From: an uncultured Geobacteraceae bacterium
GTDB taxonomy: Bacteria; Desulfobacterota; Desulfuromonadia; Geobacterales; Pseudopelobacteraceae
Length of the DNA: 61,591 nucleotides
NCBI GenBank assembly: GCA_903958085.1
Contig: CAJBRY010000657.1
Coordinates: forward strand, 1 to 61,591
Direction: 5' to 3'
A model generated the notes under the pieces. It had not been told where the DNA came from and did not search any database. It saw only the letters and a list, made by a program, of their open reading frames with translations. The position numbers and the translations under genes were made by a program. Below, in pieces: positions 57,384-61,591 of the stretch (within the stretch, counting starts at the first letter, position 1; each line of letters opens with the position of its first letter).

Positions 57384-58064
57384 CTATGTAGTTTTTTGCA
57401 CTCTGCCATCAAGCAGGTGAATAGTAGTTCCCATGGCTGCCGCCAGACGTTCGTTGTGGGTAACTACTACTAGGGTCAATCCATTTTTATTCTGCTGTTC
57501 CAGCAACATAGCATGAATTCCGTCACTGGTCTTCATGTCAAGATTGCCAGTAGGTTCATCAGCAAGCAAAAGTTCAGGACCAAGTACAAGTGCCCTTGCG
57601 ATCGCCACACGTTGCTGTTCCCCCCCGGACAATTCCCCCGGACGGTGTGTCACACGCTGCGCCAGTCCAACGTCCAATAGCAGAGACTCAGCAGTTTCGC
57701 GCGCCTTTGAGCGAGAGACCCCGGCAATCAATGCCGGCATCATCACGTTCTCAAGAGCAGTAAACTCGGGAAGCAGGTGATGAAACTGAAACACAAAACC
57801 TATACTTTTATTTCTGAACGCAGCCAGTTCCCTCTCGTTTTTTTTAAAAACATCCTCACCGCGAAAGCAGACAGTTCCTGACGTCGGACGATCAAGCGTT
57901 CCCAATAGATGCATCAGAGTGCTTTTGCCGGCTCCGGACGCTCCAACGAGAGCTGTAGTAGTGCCAGTCTGTAAATCCAGATCAATTCCGCTAAGGACTT
58001 CAAGGGTATTGACACCGGTATTATAGGACTTACCAAGACCACGCACCTCAAGCAGATTACTCAT
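57384..58064 (-). CDS. lolD: Lipoprotein-releasing system ATP-binding protein
   Basis: Walker [25 protein letters not shown]. Start at ATG 58064 (MSNLLEV), overlapping the lolE stop by 8 nt. Confidence 0.85.
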   Translation of the reverse strand: MSNLLEVRGLGKSYNTGVNTLEVLSGIDLDLQTGTTTALVGASGAGKSTLMHLLGTLDRPTSGTVCFRGEDVFKKNERELAAFRNKSIGFVFQFHHLLPEFTALENVMMPALIAGVSRSKARETAESLLLDVGLAQRVTHRPGELSGGEQQRVAIARALVLGPELLLADEPTGNLDMKTSDGIHAMLLEQQNKNGLTLVVVTHNERLAAAMGTTIHLLDGRVQKTT

Positions 58065-59319
58065 AGCGTAGAGCCTCCGCCGGCAACATCCTTGAAGCCT
58101 GCCAGGCCGGGTAAAGGGTGGCAAGGAAGGAAATCAGCACAGCGGTAACTGAAATAAGCACTACATCGGACTGAACTACCTGCGAAGGAAAGTGGTCAAG
58201 GTAGTAAATATCCTTGCTGAAGAAGTTCTGACCGGTTATTTTCTGGATTACATTTATGATCGGCTCAAGATTAAGTGCGACCAGCAGACCTGAAGCAACC
58301 CCCAACGCCGTGCCAATAATACCGATAATCAGCCCCTCAAGTACAAAAATTTTCATAATACTAGAAGCGGTTGCCCCCATAGATTTAAGTATCGCAATGT
58401 CCTTGGTTTTTTCCATTACGACCATAAACAGGGTTGAAGCTATGCCAAAAGCGGCTACTAGTACGATAAGTGTCAGGATGATGAACATAACTATCTTTTC
58501 TGTCTTAAGAGCAAAAAGGATATTTTTGTTCATCTGCATCCAGTCACGGGCGTATAAATCGCCACCCATTTCACGGTTAATGTTTCGTGCCAATTCACCA
58601 GTCCCGTAGACATCTTCGACCTTCAGTTGAATGCCTGTAACAGTATCACCAAGATCGAAAAAGCGTTGGGCCTGACCGAGACTCACATAAGCCAGGGTTG
58701 AGTCATATTCAAACATTCCGGTATTGAAAATTCCGGTAACTTTGAACGGCTTCATGCGAGGCATCATGCCTAAAGGAGTAATATTCCCCATCGGCGAAAT
58801 AACATTAACCTTGTCTCCCAGGAACAAGTTAAGGTGTTTTGCCAGCTCTTTTCCGATCATCAATCCCGGTGTGCTGTTTGTTCCCTGACCCATTCTAGGA
58901 TCGAGAGCATCAATATTCCCCTCAACAACGGATTTGCTAAGTCGCGTAACCTGACGGTCAGTGGCTACGTCTATTCCTCGCAGAACAACTCCTGAGACGT
59001 TCTTGCCGGAAGAGAGCATCACCTGATTGTAAATAAACGGGGTAGCAGCCTTGACCTCTTTAAAACCCTTCAGCTTTTCAATAACCGACTTGTAATTCTC
59101 CATCGGTGCGCCACTCTTGATCACAACGATATGGGCGTTAGTTCCCAGAATTTTTTCCTTCAGATCATTTTCAAAGCCGGTCATAACGGCCAATACGACA
59201 ATAAGAGCCATTACACCTAATGTAACACCGGCAGTAGAGATAAAAGTGATTATCGAAATAAATGTCGATTTACGCTTAGCTTTCAAATAGCGCAAACCGA
59301 TTAAAAGTTCAAAAGGCAT
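58057..59319 (-). CDS. lolE: Lipoprotein-releasing system permease (LolC/LolE family)
   Basis: [17 protein letters not shown] start, MacB-like periplasmic domain, FtsX-type C-terminus. Confidence 0.85.
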   Translation of the reverse strand: MPFELLIGLRYLKAKRKSTFISIITFISTAGVTLGVMALIVVLAVMTGFENDLKEKILGTNAHIVVIKSGAPMENYKSVIEKLKGFKEVKAATPFIYNQVMLSSGKNVSGVVLRGIDVATDRQVTRLSKSVVEGNIDALDPRMGQGTNSTPGLMIGKELAKHLNLFLGDKVNVISPMGNITPLGMMPRMKPFKVTGIFNTGMFEYDSTLAYVSLGQAQRFFDLGDTVTGIQLKVEDVYGTGELARNINREMGGDLYARDWMQMNKNILFALKTEKIVMFIILTLIVLVAAFGIASTLFMVVMEKTKDIAILKSMGATASSIMKIFVLEGLIIGIIGTALGVASGLLVALNLEPIINVIQKITGQNFFSKDIYYLDHFPSQVVQSDVVLISVTAVLISFLATLYPAWQASRMLPAEALRYE

Positions 59320-59322
59320 CAG

Positions 59323-60801
59323 CTATTTTACTTCCTTGCGAAGCTGCGGAAACAAAATTACATCCCGAATCGAAGGAGAGTCTGTCAGCAGCATTACAAG
59401 ACGATCAATGCCGATTCCTTCTCCAGCCGTAGGAGGCAGGCCATATTCTAGGGCGCGAACGTAATCCTCATCCATATAGTGCGCTTCTTCGTCACCCTTG
59501 TCCTTTTCAGCTACCTGCGCCAGGAAACGCTCCTTTTGATCAACGGGATCATTTAATTCGGAGAACGCATTGGCAATTTCACGTCCGCCAATTATAAGCT
59601 CAAAGCGATCGACAATTTCTGGGTTGTGATCGTTCTTGCGTGACAGCGGTGAAACTTCAGTAGGATAGGCGGTTATGAAAGTCGGCTGAATAAGCTTGTG
59701 TTCAGCCACCTCTTCAAAAATTTCCATCAGGAGTTTGCCATAACTGATTCCTTCCGGGAGCGACAAACCAATACTGAGTGCGTATGAAAATGCAAGGTCA
59801 CGATCATCCAGCTGGTTTGCGTCTATATCGCCATATTCCAGAATGGCATCCCGAACAGTCAGGCGCTTCCATGGTCGCCGAAAGCTTATATCAAGTCCCT
59901 GATTCGTAAAATCAAGGGTCCCAAGCACTTCTTGAGCCACATGACAGAAGAGTTCTTCGGTTAGCTCCATTAGGTCTTCGTATGTTGCGTAAGCCTGATA
60001 GAACTCCATCATGGTAAACTCAGGATTATGACGAACAGATATACCTTCGTTTCTGAAATTCCGATTGATCTCAAAAACCCGATCCATGCCACCTACAACA
60101 AGTCGTTTCAGGTAGAGTTCAGGCGCAACCCTTAGATACAGCTCCATGTCGAGGGTGTTATGATGAGTAATGAAAGGACGGGCGGTCGCTCCTCCCGGTA
60201 TTTGATGCATCATCGGCGTTTCAACCTCAAGAAAATCACGGTTTGTCATAAAACTTCGGATTAGATTGACTATACGCGAGCGTTTTATAAAGATTTCACG
60301 GGATTCCGGATTAACGATCAGGTCTACATAGCGTTGACGATAACGCGTCTCAACATCAGTAAGTCCGTGGAATTTTTCAGGAAGGGGTAACAGCGATTTT
60401 ACCAGCAGGCGTATGGAGCGGACATGCATAGAAAGCTCACCGGTTTTGGTGCGGAACGGGTAACCCTCTGCGCCGATGATGTCGCCGATATCAAAAGAAT
60501 CAAAAATGGCAAAAGCTTCTTCACCTATTTCTTCTTTTTTTACATAAAGCTGAAAACGCCCCTTTCTATCTTGAAGCTGAATAAATGCTGCTTTACCAAA
60601 AGATCTCCGGGCCAGAATACGTCCAGCCAGACTTAGGCTGACATCGGAGGCATCAAGCTGCTCTGTGGCGCCGTATTTAGCGATGATGTCCGCGGATGTA
60701 TGTTCAGGTTTGAAGTCATTCGGGTATGGATTTATACCTGCCTCCCAGAGCGCATCAACCTTGCGGCGTCTCTGAAGAAGGAGTTCACTAAGTTCTTCCA
60801 T
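59323..60801 (-). CDS. lysS: Lysine--tRNA ligase (class II)
   Basis: Class II motifs (FRNEG, GGGIGIDRL-like [11 protein letters not shown]). Start chosen at ATG 60801 ([14 protein letters not shown]). ATG 60822 is an alternative. Confidence 0.9.
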   Translation of the reverse strand: MEELSELLLQRRRKVDALWEAGINPYPNDFKPEHTSADIIAKYGATEQLDASDVSLSLAGRILARRSFGKAAFIQLQDRKGRFQLYVKKEEIGEEAFAIFDSFDIGDIIGAEGYPFRTKTGELSMHVRSIRLLVKSLLPLPEKFHGLTDVETRYRQRYVDLIVNPESREIFIKRSRIVNLIRSFMTNRDFLEVETPMMHQIPGGATARPFITHHNTLDMELYLRVAPELYLKRLVVGGMDRVFEINRNFRNEGISVRHNPEFTMMEFYQAYATYEDLMELTEELFCHVAQEVLGTLDFTNQGLDISFRRPWKRLTVRDAILEYGDIDANQLDDRDLAFSYALSIGLSLPEGISYGKLLMEIFEEVAEHKLIQPTFITAYPTEVSPLSRKNDHNPEIVDRFELIIGGREIANAFSELNDPVDQKERFLAQVAEKDKGDEEAHYMDEDYVRALEYGLPPTAGEGIGIDRLVMLLTDSPSIRDVILFPQLRKEVK

Positions 60802-60932
60802 GTTGTTTTTTGAGCCTTTCATGTAAAAAATCAATTTGAAACTTATTATTGTAGCCAAGCGAGCAAAAATATATTCAACTACAGTTCAGGTCAAGAAAAA
60901 AGGAGTAATTCCAAAAAGTGCTGTAGGCAATT

Positions 60933-61589
60933 TTATTGCTGCCTTTCTTCTGCTTTTTTAGTTCGTTTTACCGGTGTATTGCGCCTGTTTTTTTTAGCTT
61001 TCTCTATGACGTCAACCGGAGCAGGTGCCAGTTCCAATATCGCCGTTTTTTCGCTGCTCCTTTTTACTGAATTTCGACGTGGTTTTTTTTCAGCCATGGA
61101 CTCCTCAGAAATATGGGCAGTTTCTTGAACAGCTTCAATATTGCTTGCAATTCCCATTTTGTTTTTACGCGGGGCACGTACACGCCCAGGCTTTGCAGAA
61201 AGCTCGACTATTTCTGGAGACACTACAGACACAGGATTGATAGGTGCTGCAGGTTCAATAACGGAAATATCGACCGACTCACCAGCAGAGTCCTCTGATG
61301 CTTTGTGGGTTTTACTTTTGCTACGACGACGCTTACGTTTTTTAGTTTTTAAGGGTTGTTCTGGCGCGCCATCTGCAGCTGACTGAGCGCTATCATCAGT
61401 CACTACTTCAGTGCTTACAGGAATCAACGCATTCTCTGGCGTTAAATCAATTTCTGGCTGAACCGGCCCTGTAGAATTCTGAACAGTTTCACTGGATGTT
61501 TTTTTCTTCTTTTTTCGTCGTTTTCGTTTTTTGCCGCCCTCGACAGGTGTGATGGCTTCAACCGTAATAACCTCTAATGAGGTCGTTTC
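60933..61589 (-). CDS. K/R-rich low-complexity C-terminal region of an unidentified protein (5' end outside the window)
   Basis: The frame is open from the window edge through the track ORF, whose apparent start at 61427 is an internal TTG. It contains basic runs GGKKRKRRKKKKK, KTKKRKRRRSKSK and KKNRRNTPVKRTKK separated by acidic or neutral spacers. Confidence 0.5.
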   Translation of the reverse strand, partial: ETTSLEVITVEAITPVEGGKKRKRRKKKKKTSSETVQNSTGPVQPEIDLTPENALIPVSTEVVTDDSAQSAADGAPEQPLKTKKRKRRRSKSKTHKASEDSAGESVDISVIEPAAPINPVSVVSPEIVELSAKPGRVRAPRKNKMGIASNIEAVQETAHISEESMAEKKPRRNSVKRSSEKTAILELAPAPVDVIEKAKKNRRNTPVKRTKKAEERQQ

Positions 61590-61591
61590 AG

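Noticed and set aside
1-61591. CRISPR arrays, tRNA/rRNA genes, IS elements, integrases, prophage genes
   Set aside because: None recognised. There are no repeat-spacer periodicity, no transposase-like or integrase-like translations in any frame, and no tRNA-like cloverleaf candidates in the few intergenic gaps.

Overview
61.6 kb of chromosomal DNA from a Gram-negative bacterium. Gene content and order resemble Desulfuromonadales (Geobacter/Desulfuromonas type); this assignment is synteny-based and low confidence. No rRNA, tRNA, CRISPR array, transposase or integrase was found. Almost every gene from 15.0 kb to the right edge is on the minus strand. Many junctions are 1-8 nt overlaps of the ATGA/GTGA/TAATG type.

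Layout, left to right:
- (a) 1-18.8 kb, housekeeping genes: a partial lipoprotein, hypA, GTP-dependent PEP carboxykinase, an etfB-etfA-membrane Fe-S oxidoreductase operon, glutamate synthase gltB-gltD with a candidate sigma-54 promoter, amiC, a YkgJ-type Cys-cluster protein, prfA, HU, a NifU-like protein and aspA.
- (b) 18.9-45.2 kb, a large accessory surface-glycan region. It holds about ten glycosyltransferases, four SAM methyltransferases plus a radical SAM/SPASM enzyme, and an aminosugar module. It also holds a 12-gene pseudaminic-acid-type operon (pseB, pseC, pseG, pseI interleaved with eight other genes). Next to that operon lies a 1.3-kb decay zone. There a MntA/HepT (MNT/HEPN) toxin-antitoxin pair sits among three gene remnants of a second, legionaminic/neuraminic-type nonulosonic acid locus.
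- (c) 45.3-60.8 kb, a conserved envelope-biogenesis block: lpxK-waaA-PAP2-lpxL-msbA-lpxB-lpxA-fabZ-lpxD-skp-bamA-lolD-lolE-lysS. It is followed by the K/R-rich C-terminal tail of a gene that runs off the window.

Most interesting:
- The non-canonical pse operon: a radical SAM/SPASM + methyltransferase + GNAT + WbqC cassette, and an AKR + GNAT + SpsF-type nucleotidyltransferase + class-III aminotransferase module.
- An adjacent AT-rich 586-aa orphan with KpsS/KpsC-like HP-motif features, a candidate ulosonic-acid transferase.
- The absence of any Wzx/Wzy/WaaL/Wzm-Wzt genes, which points to a nonulosonic-acid-decorated, heavily methylated lipooligosaccharide.

All functional calls come from reading the translations by eye. 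No database search was run.
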